This document shows positions 10,930 through 23,828 of a stretch of DNA of 64,000 bases, in pieces; position 1 is the stretch's first letter, and every line of letters begins with the position of its first letter. Made by a program: the position numbers and the translations under genes. The DNA comes from Octopus sinensis (taxonomy: Eukaryota): contig NC_043004.1 of assembly GCF_006345805.1 (NCBI RefSeq), positions 74,648,001 to 74,712,000 on the forward strand. Direction: 5' to 3'. The notes under the pieces are model-generated. The model was given only the letters and a program-made list of their open reading frames with translations. It had not been told where the DNA came from and made no database searches.

Positions 10930-13900
10930 TGCAAAGGGAACTCATCCTTCCCATCGTCGACCTGACGTGATATGCACGGACCCGGGTTTCTGAATATTTA
11001 CCCGTCGTCAGCGCACGACAATCACCGGTCTTCGATAAATCTTTATGATCATGCGATCTAACATAGAAAAGGACACAACAAGACAGACAAATACAAAGAT
11101 GTTACATGAGTTCGAATGAGAATTTTAAAAATTTAATTATATGACATAAACGAAACCTTGGCTTACATTTGCCTTTAAACGAATAATTGGCTTACATTTG
11201 CCTTTACAACGAGAACTTTTGTGTTTTTTAAAATAAAACTTGAGAACATAACATAAGCTAAAAAGGAAAAAGGGGAAAATTCAGGTTAAAAATTTTAACC
11301 CGGCAGCCTATAAGGCCCAGCAACTAATTTTTCCTTTCTTCGATGATTAAGCTGGGTTACTAACACCTACCTTTTTCATCACTTCCTTCCATCGTTTTTC
11401 ATATTCATTCGGTGGCAGGGTCTTCCTCTCCAACCCAATCTTGCTCTTCAGATGATATCTGAAGTAATATAGCAAGCCGGGGCTGGAGACAAGGGACCCT
11501 GTCACAATACCTTCCATTTAGCCTTCCATACACACTCTTTCAGTACTGCAACCGTACAGTAAAACCAGGCCTTACCTTCTTTTGTTAGTCCAGTTGGTGG
11601 TATCATCTTTATTATAGATCCAGCCGACAGCTGTACTCGCCCCAGATGCGACAACACGCGTTCTACGTAACTTAAGCTAGATAGCTTTCGACATGTTACA
11701 AAAGCGTGCTGAACGGTTTCAACGTCCAGCACACATCTTGGATATGTCGATGGCACTGGCAAACCGTGCCTGGATAACTTAACGCGAACAGGTAACGCAT
11801 TCCTGTTGCACTGCCAGGTCAGGGATTTGGGGAAGTTATCCAAGTAGCTCGGCCTGAAAGTTTTTTTGAACAGGTTGGCAAGTTGGTTCTTATCGAACCC
11901 CTGAGCCCCTCCTAGGACGTCATCGTTTTTAGCCTCTACCAGCCCTCTATAGAACACCGAGGTGGTATTCTCGCAGCCGGCCTTTCCCGTCTTGTGGGTC
12001 AGCCAGAGTGCCTGACTGCCATAAAGTCAGGTTACGTCTTTTAATGAAACCAGGTTTAAATCTCTCCAAAGAGGCCGCTCGCAGCAAGAACTCCTCTGCC
12101 AACGGACTCCACTCCTTATCACCCTCCAGGTGGCACTAGAGAAGTCTCAGCCTCAACGCATGTCTGTGCATCATTAACCAGGGAATCCCCAAGCCACCCT
12201 TTAGCGGTTCCTGGCGGCACACGGAGCCCCTCACAAGTGGCTTTACTCGTCTCCACAAAAAGCGGAAGAGGAATCGTACCAGCTTGTTTAGCCAAAAGTC
12301 GGGGCAAGGCACAACGGACAGGCGGTAGGTGATTACAGATGCTATAAACACCTGCACCACCTCCACCCTGCCCTTCAAGGACCACTTCCGTACTATGGCC
12401 TCCGCCTTGTCCACTACCTCACTCCAATTATTCTCCGTCTGGGAGTCCGGACCAAACCAAACTCCAAGCAACTTAACAGTGTCCAACGACACTTGACGAT
12501 ATTGGCTTGTTCCTCCAGGTGCCGAGGCGCAAACCGGTAGAGTTGTCCTTGTGAAAGACTTTCTATATCTCCTCCTGACCATAGATCTTGCGCCCTCGCT
12601 CGTCCATTAAAGACTTTATAGAGGACTTTTTACCTCTCTGACTCTCCTCACGACGTGCCCATCCGGCAACATTACTACCTTCTCGCTTCCCTGCACGTAG
12701 CTTGGCCCTGACGCTGCAAACTTCATGCTTGGCGTTGAGGTGGCGGTACAAGACCGTTCTTGCTGCCAACACTCTAGATGCAGAGCCAGATTCCACTGCC
12801 TCGTCTAAGTTGTTAACTAAATCGCCCTGTATTCTAGTCCTATCTAAACTTAGCTGCTTGCTAAATCTAATGGACTCTAAACGGATGGCTCTTTTGAGGG
12901 CGTGCCACCATCTATTGTTAATAATGGTGCCACATAATGCCCTCTGAACTAACATCGTAATCCGGGTACGGAAAGCTTGACAAGTCAAAATAGACTTGTT
13001 CATTTTCCAGTTCCCGGGTCCCTGTCTATGACATTTATCTACGTGTACCTCACACGTCACAAGCTTGTGATCCGTGTAAGGCACAATACAAAATTGTGGA
13101 CAACTAACACTATTCTTATCTCTTTCCTTAATAAATACCCTATCTAGGTACGATCTGTGTGAGCCGTCGTTGTTACTCCACGTCCACTGTGGAACACTCG
13201 GCTCATCCAGTCGGTAACGGTCTACTAGATTATAGCTCTCTTGTAGACCCTTGAGGCAAGGATTCCCTTTCCTATTAGTTGAGCCCACACTGTCGACCCG
13301 TGCATTGAGGATAGTGTTGAAGTCTCCTACCAAAACTAACGTTTTAGATGGCACTAGAAAGTGCTCCAGATTCCGGTAAAAACCGAACAGCCTACCCTCC
13401 ATAAAAGCGTAGAAGCTACCAATCTGAAGGGCTGCCTACTCGCATGAGTCACATCTAGTACAACCAGCCTGCCTTCTAGGTCCAGAAAGACAGTACCTAT
13501 CTGTAAATCCAAGTTCTTCCTGATAAGGACTGCCACACCTGCACCTCCTCCTCGGCTAGGAGAAATAAATTTCTCATAACCACTCAGAAGAGGCGAGAAC
13601 GCTTGAGGTCCACTCATCTTGGACTCGGTTACAATAACCACATCGATTCTATGTGTCGCGAGGTCGTTCAGGAAACAAGCCTGTTTCCATTTCGACCCCA
13701 TTGCACACACATTTAAACAATCTAACTTAATCATCAGAGAAAGAAAAATTGATTACTTACGGTTGTGAGAGGGAGCATGGCAGTTTATGTCTGCCTGCCT
13801 CCCCCACACTCTCCGTTGTTGTTGAGCATTTCACCGGCGTTGCCACCGGGCTCTGGATTGGTGTGGCTGCCAGGCTGATGACCACTCTCCCAGCTATCAC

Positions 13901-15645
13901 CTCCTAGGTGACATCTTTGATGAGATTGTCCTTCACGTGCCGTTGGAAGAGTTTCTCCTTCCACTCTTCCTCGTCGACCTTTGCGTATCCCCATTCAGGG
14001 TCTTTCTCTGTAGTTTTAAAACAGTTGATTTGAGTTCTTGCCTTTATAAACCACACCACCCTCTCACTTTTCGCATTAAATGCTATAATCTTATCAGTTT
14101 TTTAAAATCCTTTTAGAGTTGGAGAGGTGGGGTTTATTGAAAAGCTGTCCTACAAACGTAGTACCAGCGGGGTGGGATTGGAGAATTTTTTGTGTTGTTC
14201 GTCTCTATTATTAATTTTCTTTTTTGTTTGGGGTAGGGAGTCCGGGGTGTAAGATTTTTTCTCTTGTTTGTCACAGTCGTGTACTCCATTTTTTCATGTT
14301 CTTTTTCCTTTGTTAGATATTTTTCTCCGCCTTTTCTCTTTTGTTTTGTTTTTCATTCTTTTTCTTTTCCTCCCTTTGATTTTCAGTTTGTTTTGTTCCC
14401 GTATTTTCTTTCGTTGTTGCTGTGTTGTCTGATTTGTTGTTCTCTGTGTTTTTCACAGCGTTTTGAGGAGGGTCATTAACCGTTTTTTTCTTCGTGCATT
14501 CGAAGCTAACGTGGCCTTTCTGTCCGGACTTGAAACACCTGGGCCTACGTCCCTCCACCGATACACGTATAGTATACCCCACCCCCCACCCCACGAAGAC
14601 TCTATCTGGCAAACTTTCCAGCGTCGAATTGTCAGTTTGGACTATCATTTCAAGTTCTTGGTCTTTCCAATTCGTAGCCTCTTTCTTCCTCATGCTCAAT
14701 AATGATAATTTTTCCTCCAAGTCGAAAATAACTTCATAACCCACGGGTATATATTCTACTGTTACCTTTGCCGTTCTGCGGCCTAAGTAAGTGGGCAGCA
14801 GCATGATTTGTTCGCTCTTCAACGTTTGTGTTGAATTTTCTTTCGCTACGCTAGCCAACTCGAAATGAGCTTCTATCGTAGTGCTTCTCACTCCTCGGCT
14901 AACATGGCGAACTTTATTCCATATTGGTGCCATACACCGTTCAACTATTTCATTTTCTATGTCCGCAATTTTTTAAATTTTATATTATAGACTTAGTAAA
15001 TAACTGTCTTTTCACGAATGGCTTGCATGTTTTCAGTGGGTGATATCACTTTCGTTTCTTCACCAGATTTCTGAATTAACTTTCTGAACTGGAAGAGCTT
15101 GTCCATTGCCACTTCCAGTTCTACAATATTACTGCCTACGGCGTCCGAAAAGCTTTGTTTAGCCTGGGTGACCTTTTGTTTGTCGACGCTTTTACCTTCT
15201 CCCATATCGGGAAATTCTGATTTTGACGTTAAGTCGAGTTCCGTTGCAAAAACACGAGAAACTTGTCACAAATGACAAGAAAAAAAGGAATTTTTCAAAA
15301 ATAAACTGTAAAGGTTAAGAGTTCGCACAAAAAACAGAAATTTTCTGCCCCGTAGGGCGAAAATTACTGTGTGTCAAAAAGACAACAGTTTAAAACTTAA
15401 ACTTGTAACATGAGAACAAAAGGGACAGACAGAAACGAATTGACACAACAGTTAGCTTGCAGCAGAAAAAAATTCGACGTAGATCCAAGGAAAAATTCAA
15501 AATAACCACCGGTATTCTATGCGAAGGGGTCCCAATGCAAATACATATATCTTTTTTCCAGTGACAGAAAGTCACTGATCTCGAAAAAGTGTAAACAAGC
15601 AATAATAAATCTCTGAACGAGGTATAAACAGTAACTGCACGACAA
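10930..15645 (-). mobile_element. Tx1/L1-clade LINE with the RT core deleted
   Basis: ORF1 (14313-15205) has a decayed knuckle CFKSGQKGHVSFEC; ORF2 has an APE domain (LVGDFN, SYLDR, TDH) and a C-terminal zinc-finger region (11502-11957); the frame jumps to post-RT sequence near 12555. Confidence 0.85.
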
Positions 15646-15849
15646 TGTGAAGTATATTTGCTATCTAAATGTGGCTAACCACTAAGGGTGGATGCTACTG
15701 TAGTTTGTAGCCCCAGGAGAACATCTCCAGCTGGCTATTGACACACTTTCTGTGCCTTACCAGCCACATTTAACCACAAATGAGGTGTGTTTTTAGATTA
15801 CTACCAACCAGTATTTTTATCAAGATACCATCTTTATTAAGGTGGTCCG

Positions 15850-16450
15850 CCTAGGTGGTAGGATCCTTGATCCCCTGGTATTCGACTCAAAGCTTTCCTT
15901 CTCTTAGACTGCTTGCCACTCAAGTTACAGCCTTCCCGGCGCACTGGTTATTTCAAGGCGCCAGATACTCACACTTCCGCAGTTGGCTTGCCGAAGGAGA
16001 CAACCAGGATTGCAGAGCTCTTACTACCTATAAGTTGGGGTTGTTCCCTTCGCATTTCTGTGTGTTGGGGGCCATGATCTTGGTTTTTACTAGGGGACAG
16101 GTGTGCGTCAGTTGGTCCCGTATCTTCATCGAAATATTGTTCCGGAGTCAAGTCCCGATTCACGGTTCATCTGCCACCATTCCATGCATAGCACCATTGG
16201 ACACTGACAGTTTGTCACCACTCTGACTAAGGGGTTCAGTCTACACTTAAATCAGAGTATTCCTTCTCGTAGACAGACTGCCATCCAAGGCTCACGAGTT
16301 CTGTCTACCCTACTTCGGAGTGGCCATTGACTTTTTAAGTTCCTCTGCCCTTTTCCTTGTTTTGTTTTTAAACTCGCAGGGTGTCAAAAATCCACTCTCC
16401 TCGCCAAGCAAGCTTAGTGGTGTTACCGGTTTAGTCGCCGACGACTCGGC
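15850..16450 (-). mobile_element. RTE-like 5' UTR / N-terminal fragment
   Basis: AGCCTTGGATGGCAG...GAGAAGGAATACTCTGATT resembles RTE 5' UTRs; recalled similarity only. Confidence 0.4.
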
Positions 16451-17144
16451 GTTATCACAACGCCACTTATTAATCATTCTGGGTAATTCTTGTTCACTAT
16501 AATAATTTCATTATTACAAATATAATCCCTGTCTTGTTATTTCCTAGTTCACTGCTATAATTGCGCAATTATTACTATACGTGTATAATTACAATAAGAC
16601 CTACGGGTCCTAATAATGTCTACACTAATTTCTTTAGGCAACTAATGATGGCTTATTTACGACTGTTGCTTCAGCTGCTGCTGCTGATTGTTGTTGTTGT
16701 TGTTGTTAAGCAACAAGACGGGTAAGGGTGATTAGGTGATGGTCTTGGGCTTAGGGGTGGAAGACCACAGACCTTAGAAAAAAACTTTGGTCGTCTTGTT
16801 GTAGTCGAGGGCTCTTCGTTGATGCCCGACACCACTGGGAGGTGGCTCTCGAAGTCGCTGGAAATGGAGATCTCCAGGTTCAAATTCTTGAACGGATACT
16901 GCTGCTGCTGCAGCGGCGTTAACTAGAAGAGCAGGCATGTGACTACTAATACAAGCTGTTTGATTGGACTGCTGCTTCATATGGCAGGCAGTCGATTAAG
17001 TGTGGGTGGGAGAAAATACTAGAACAGTCTTACACATATTTGGGGAAGCTGTTAAATGACGATGTCATCAGGTGGATGACTTCAGCAGCTCTGAGGACCC
17101 ATTGAAAGTGGAGGGACGAACATATATATATAAATGTATCTATG

Positions 17145-17225
<81 letters not shown>

Positions 17226-17241
17226 CTGAATATATATATGA

Positions 17242-17280
<39 letters not shown>

Positions 17281-17319
17281 ACATACATATAGATATACAT
17301 ACATTCACACGCATATATA

Positions 17320-18530
17320 CATACATTATGGCGGCCCCCTCGTTATCGAGTATGGCCATTGCACGAAGCTTATCTGTTACTGGTGCTGTGATCGAATGTG
17401 ACTTTTTAGTCCAGCTAAAGATCTACAATGTCTTGTACAGAATTGGCAACTAAAACCTTTACTGGTAATAGCCGGCTGCAGTTGTAACTGGGCTTCATGT
17501 ACCTTTGCATGTCGTTTAAGTCCTCCTGCCGAATTACACTCTCTTCCACATGCCCGACAGATATGATTAGTATGGTGTGTTACACCACCACCGGTGTCCA
17601 GGTTGTCACTCATCTGTCTCGCTTTATGACTACGAAGATTACTCTTTAGTCCAGCTTTACTGACGCAGGATCTTGCACAGACACTGCATGTCAGCGTCAT
17701 AGGAAGACCCTTCCCATCTGGGAGTGTAACAGCGATGCCCTTCCTGACATCCTTCCTTACTTTCTCCTGTGCAACTCGAGATTTCTCAAAAGTGGCTGTC
17801 CGCTCGTGCACAATCCTTCTTCACCTGCTACGATCAATAGCTATGCCTTCCCATGTGTCAGGAGAGATGCAAGTATCTCTTAAGGAAGCCTTCAGCAAGT
17901 CCTTATACCTCTTTTTTGGTTTATGTGGAGGTCGTTCTCCTTTAGCTAACTCTCCATAAAAGAGTTGTTTTGGCATCCTTGAATTCTTCTTCCTGACCAG
18001 ATGACCACTCCATCTGAGCCTTTGCTTTAACACAAGGGCTTCTATACTTTCACACCGAGAGCCTTCCAATATTTCAAGATAACTGAGGCGGTCCTTCCAC
18101 TTACTGCCATAGATCCGTCTGAGGCACATCTGATGGAAACGTTGCAGTTGTTTAAGGTGGTATAGATATGTGACCCACGTCTCGCAGGCATAGAGAAGGT
18201 GAAGGGAGCACAGATGCCTTGTACACATTTATCTTTGTTTTTCTGCATATGTCTCGCCGACTCCAGAGGACATAGAAATAATCGGACTGAATACCTGATC
18301 GCGCGGTTAAACCATTGGGAGTGAAGGACTCCTAGCATTTGTTAGGGCATCCTTCTAGGAGAAGGTAACTCAGGTAACTGGGATAACTCCGACATAAAAG
18401 CTGCGGCTCAGTGGTTACCGATGATGTTGACTTGTTCTTCTTTTCGGATTATGGCTGCTGTTGCTTAGTGAGTGGAATTGACTCAGTGCACAGCCTTTTC
18501 TCACTTAAAAAAATTCTTCTTGCACAGGCT
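17320..18530 (-). mobile_element. RTE LINE 3' part ending in three C2H2-type zinc fingers
   Basis: LLYACETW, RLRWSGH and RMPKQLFYGEL; fingers CSVC..GLKSNLRSH, CRAC..GLKRHAKVH and [14 protein letters not shown]. Confidence 0.85.
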
Positions 18531-18714
18531 TTGCACGATAACAACATTGATTGATTGATTAAATTGATTAACTAATTCATGATTGTTGATGGCGCTGTGA
18601 GTCTCAACTGCATGACTGGCTGTAGCCTTAAAAGCAAAAAATCAATGATGTACCAAAACAGTATATATATACATACACATATATATTCAGACATACATAT
18701 TGTTATTGTTGTTT

Positions 18715-18898
18715 TAGCTTTCAAATGATTCGACCCCGCTGGCTAAGCGAGCAGGCCAACAGAAGAAAGATTGAGAGAAAGATGTGGCGAAAGAGTACAG
18801 CAGGGATCACCCCGCCTCCCTGCCGGAGGTCAATAAACACTCACAACGCCCGGTCTGGGAATTAAAACCGCTACCCTAACAACTGAGTCATTGCGCCT

Positions 18899-18986
<88 letters not shown>

Positions 18987-19296
18987 CACCGTGATCACCG
19001 TGACCGACCAGGCTATCAGATGTTGCTACACATCACTGGTCACAATGCGCTTCGCATTATTTTAGCCTTCAAATGACGCTACCCCGCTGGCTAAGCGAGC
19101 AGGCCAACAAAAGACAGAGTGAGAGAAAGTTGTGGCGAAAAAGTACAGCAGGGATTGCCACCACCCTCTGCCGGAGCCTCGTGGAGCTTTAGGTGTTTTC
19201 GCTCAATAAACACTCACAACACCCGGTCCGGGAATCGAAACCGCGATCTTACGACCGTGAGTCCGCTGCCCTAACCACTGGGCCATTACGCCTCCA
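18715..19296 (-). mobile_element. Two tandem tRNA-derived SINE copies separated by CA/TA repeats
   Basis: 18715-18900 and 18985-19296 are homologous; reverse complement of the head seen at 321. Confidence 0.75.
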
Positions 19297-19344
19297 CACA
19301 CACACACACACACATACACACATACATATGTATATATGTATATA

Positions 19345-19449
<105 letters not shown>

Positions 19450-19730
19450 TACTAATATAGGATGAATTCCATCAAAAAATGTGGCAGCATATTAAAATAC
19501 CATTACGGTTGAAATTATAAACAACTTATAAGTAAAGGCTAAAGAAAATTATTTCAATGCCAATATGCTGATAACAGACTATTAAATCGTCAATTTTCAC
19601 ATATTATTTACTCGCTACAGAAAAAAACACGAAGAACTGAAATCGGCCAAGCCGGCCGATAGAATTTTTTACAAAGTTCGTTATTTCTATATTGAATCAA
19701 TTTCGGAATTAATCTCATAATCTCATAAGT

Positions 19731-19867
<137 letters not shown>

Positions 19868-19900
19868 CCTATATATATATACATACATACATATATATAC

Positions 19901-19934
<34 letters not shown>

Positions 19935-19945
19935 ATGTATATACC

Positions 19946-19992
<47 letters not shown>

Positions 19993-20812
19993 AATTGAAT
20001 ATTGAAATGATACCCATCCTGCCCATTCCACAAGATAAGAGTTTACTGGAGAGCATGATAAGAGGGATGAGTCTGTGAAACATGATTAAGGTTGTTATCT
20101 CGAACACGAATGAGAATATCATGATTTTCATGGGGGTCACTAACCATAAGAATGGCTACTTCATTAGATGTGGTGTCATAAAAACAGCATAACATGTTCT
20201 TTACTATAGTTTACTGTAAACGCGAGGAAGGCAGAAACACACACTCATAGAATTGATCATATTGAAAAGAGCAAAATGTACAGATACGAAGTTCAAGTGA
20301 AACGAAATGAAGTTAATATAGATGCCAAACGTAATTTCTGTAACATAGTTATTCTATAAAAAAATACGGCAAGTCACCAATTTAACAAAAGTTAATAAAT
20401 GTGGTCTATATAGGTGCAGAACGTACTTTCTGTAGTATAGTTATGCTATAATATAATGAAAAGCCAGTAATTTAGCAAAAGTTATTATGCGTCACCAATG
20501 TAACAAAGTAGAAATAGTGAACATTTATTTGAAACATGTACTAAATGTTATAACATTCACGATTGAATATCATGGTGACGAAAGTGAAAGTCCAAAGTCA
20601 GAAAGCATAATTCAGTTCTTCATACGAAAATAATTTATTTTGCAATTTTCAAACGAACGCTGACCAAGTGTATAAAAAGGAAGATGATGTTGTGAACGTT
20701 AATTTTAAATATTTACTGAAGAATGTATGTGGCAAGATATAAATTAATTTGATATAACTGCATATTTTCTTACGGTGTAACGTTAGAATAAATACTGTAT
20801 GTGTGTGTGTGT

Positions 20813-20869
<57 letters not shown>

Positions 20870-21149
20870 CAACAATTGAGGGTAAAATTAATTAATTAAT
20901 CAATTTCACCAAGTATTCAGTATGCAAAGGGACCATTTAAGGCGAATTCAAATTATTACATTATATAAAAGGGCTTAGTAAAATAAATTACTTTGCCGCA
21001 TACTGAACTCATTAGAAATAGCAGCTAAAAAAACTTTTATAAAACTATTTCTAATACTTAAAGAAAACCTCTCTCATATAGTGTTTGCTCAATTCAACTC
21101 ACGAAAGTATGGGGGTAGAGACATTAAAAAATCAAATGCAAAGGTTATT

Positions 21150-21202
21150 TGAGAACGTACGTTTCAAGATTAGTCAAAATCGACATTTCTATCATCAGCT
21201 CA
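21150..21202 (-). ncRNA. Type-I hammerhead-like ribozyme, one per 559-bp monomer
   Basis: TGAG-CTGATGA-[TAGAAATGTCGATTTTGACTAATCTT]-GAAACGTACGTT-CTCA: core CUGAUGA/GAAA, palindromic helix III, GUU triplet, 4-bp helix I; helix II is imperfect. Confidence 0.55.
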
Positions 21203-23775
21203 GAACTCCCTGGTTTGGATTTGAAAACACTGAAAGTGGGAGCATACCCTTTCGGCTTCTTATCGCTTCTGAAGATCCGCTCGAAACTAACAGTGCCAGC
21301 AAACTCAAATATGCAAGCGAAGAATTTCTGCTCTCCCCTTTCCACCAGCGTGGGTTAAAATCAGTAAACACTATGCTTTTTTCGGTAAAATCCGAGGCAT
21401 TTAAATAGAGAGAGATGAATTATAATTTCAACAATTGAGGGTAAAATTAATTAATTAATCAATTTCACCAAGTATTCAGTATGCAAAGGGACCATTTAAG
21501 GCGAATTCAAATTATTACATTATATAAAAGGGCTTAGTAAAATAAATTACTTTGCCGCATACTGAACTCATTAGAAATAGCAGCTAAAAAAACTTTTATA
21601 AAACTATTTCTAATACTTAAAGAAAACCTCTCTCATATAGTGTTTGCTCAATTCAACTCACGAAAGTATGGGGGTAGAGACATTAAAAAATCAAATGCAA
21701 AGGTTATTTGAGAACGTACGTTTCAAGATTAGTCAAAATCGACATTTCTATCATCAGCTCAGAACTCCCTGGTTTGGATTTGAAAACACTGAAAGTGGGA
21801 GCATACCCTTTCGGCTTCTTATCGCTTCTGAAGATCCGCTCGAAACTAACAGTGCCAGCAAACTCAAATATGCAAGCGAAGAATTTCTGCTCTCCCCTTT
21901 CCACCAGCGTGGGTTAAAATCAGTAAACACTATGCTTTTTTCGGTAAAATCCGAGGCATTTAAATAGAGAGAGATGAATTATAATTTCAACAATTGAGGG
22001 TAAAATTAATTAATTAATCAATTTCACCAAGTATTCAGTATGCAAAGGGACCATTTAAGGCGAATTCAAATTATTACATTATATAAAAGGGCTTAGTAAA
22101 ATAAATTACTTTGCCGCATACTGAACTCATTAGAAATAGCAGCTAAAAAAACTTTTATAAAACTATTTCTAATACTTAAAGAAAACCTCTCTCATATAGT
22201 GTTTGCTCAATTCAACTCACGAAAGTATGGGGGTAGAGACATTAAAAAATCAAATGCAAAGGTTATTTGAGAACGTACGTTTCAAGATTAGTCAAAATCA
22301 TCAGCTCAGAACTCCCTGGTTTGGATTTGAAAACACTGAAAGTGGGAGCATACCCTTTCGGCTTCTTATCGCTTCTGAAGATCCGCTCGAAACTAACAGT
22401 GCCAGCAAACTCAAATATGCAAGCGAAGAATTTCTGCTCTCCCCTTTCCACCAGCGTGGGTTAAAATCAGTAAACACTATGCTTTTTTCGGTAAAATCCG
22501 AGGCATTTAAATAGAGAGAGATGAATTATAATTTCAACAATTGAGGGTAAAATTAATTAATTAATCAATTTCACCAAGTATTCAGTATGCAAAGGGACCA
22601 TTTAAGGCGAATTCAAATTATTACATTATATAAAAGGGCTTAGTAAAATAAATTACTTTGCCGCATACTGAACTCATTAGAAATAGCAGCTAAAAAAACT
22701 TTTATAAAACTATTTCTAATACTTAAAGAAAACCTCTCTCATATAGTGTTTGCTCAATTCAACTCACGAAAGTATGGGGGTAGAGACATTAAAAAATCAA
22801 ATGCAAAGGTTATTTGAGAACGTACGTTTCAAGATTAGTCAAAATCGACATTTCTATCATCAGCTCAGAACTCCCTGGTTTGGATTTGAAAACACTGAAA
22901 GTGGGAGCATACCCTTTCGGCTTCTTATCGCTTCTGAAGATCCGCTCGAAACTAACAGTGCCAGCAAACTCAAATATGCAAGCGAAGAATTTCTGCTCTC
23001 CCCTTTCCACCAGCGTGGGTTAAAATCAGTAAACACTATGCTTTTTTCGGTAAAATCCGAGGCTTTTAAATAGAGAGAGATGAATTATAATTTCAACAAT
23101 TGAGGGTAAAATTAATTAATTAATCAATTTCACCAAGTATTCAGTATGCAAAGGGACCATTTAAGGCGAATTCAAATTATTACATTATATAAAAGGGCTT
23201 AGTAAAATAAATTACTTTGCCGCATACTGAACTCATTAGAAATAGCAGCTAAAAAAACTTTTATAAAACTATTTCTAATACTTAAAGAAAACCTCTCTCA
23301 TATAATGTTTGCTCAATTCAACTCACGAAAGTATGGGGGTAGAGACATTAAAAAATCAAATGCAAAGGTTATTTGAGAACGTACGTTTCAAGATTAGTCA
23401 AATCGACATTTCTATCATCAGCTCAGAACTCCCTGGTTTGGATTTGAAAACACTGAAAGTGGGAGCATACCCTTTCGGCTTCTTATCGCTTCTGAAGATC
23501 CGCTCGAAACTAACAGTGCCAGCAAACTCAAATATGCAAGCGAAGAATTTCTGCTCTCCCCTTTCCACCAGCGTGGGTTAAAATCAGTAAACACTATGCT
23601 TTTTTCGGTAAAATCCGAGGCATTTAAATAGAGAGAGATGAATTATAATTTCAACAATTGAGGGTAAAATTAATTAATTAATCAATTTCACCAAGTATTC
23701 AGTATGCAGAAGCGATAAGAAGCCGAAAGGGTATGCTCCCACTTTCAGTGTTTTCAAATCCAAACCAGGGAGTTC

Positions 23776-23828
23776 TGAGCTGATGATAGAAATGTCGATT
23801 TTGACTAATCTTGAAACGTACGTTCTCA
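23776..23828 (+). ncRNA. Same hammerhead-like motif in the first inverted monomer
   Basis: Identical motif read on the + strand. Confidence 0.55.

Noticed and set aside
21268-21300. Opposite-polarity hammerhead-like motif CTGAAGA-TCCGCTC-GAAAC-TAACA-GTG, which would suggest a viroid-like two-polarity RNA
   Set aside because: No helix II pairing, GUG triplet and no adjacent helix I
21085-21408. 107-aa ORF repeated in each 559-bp monomer
   Set aside because: TTG start, no recognisable domain, broken by a frameshift in copy 5; repetition only reflects the array
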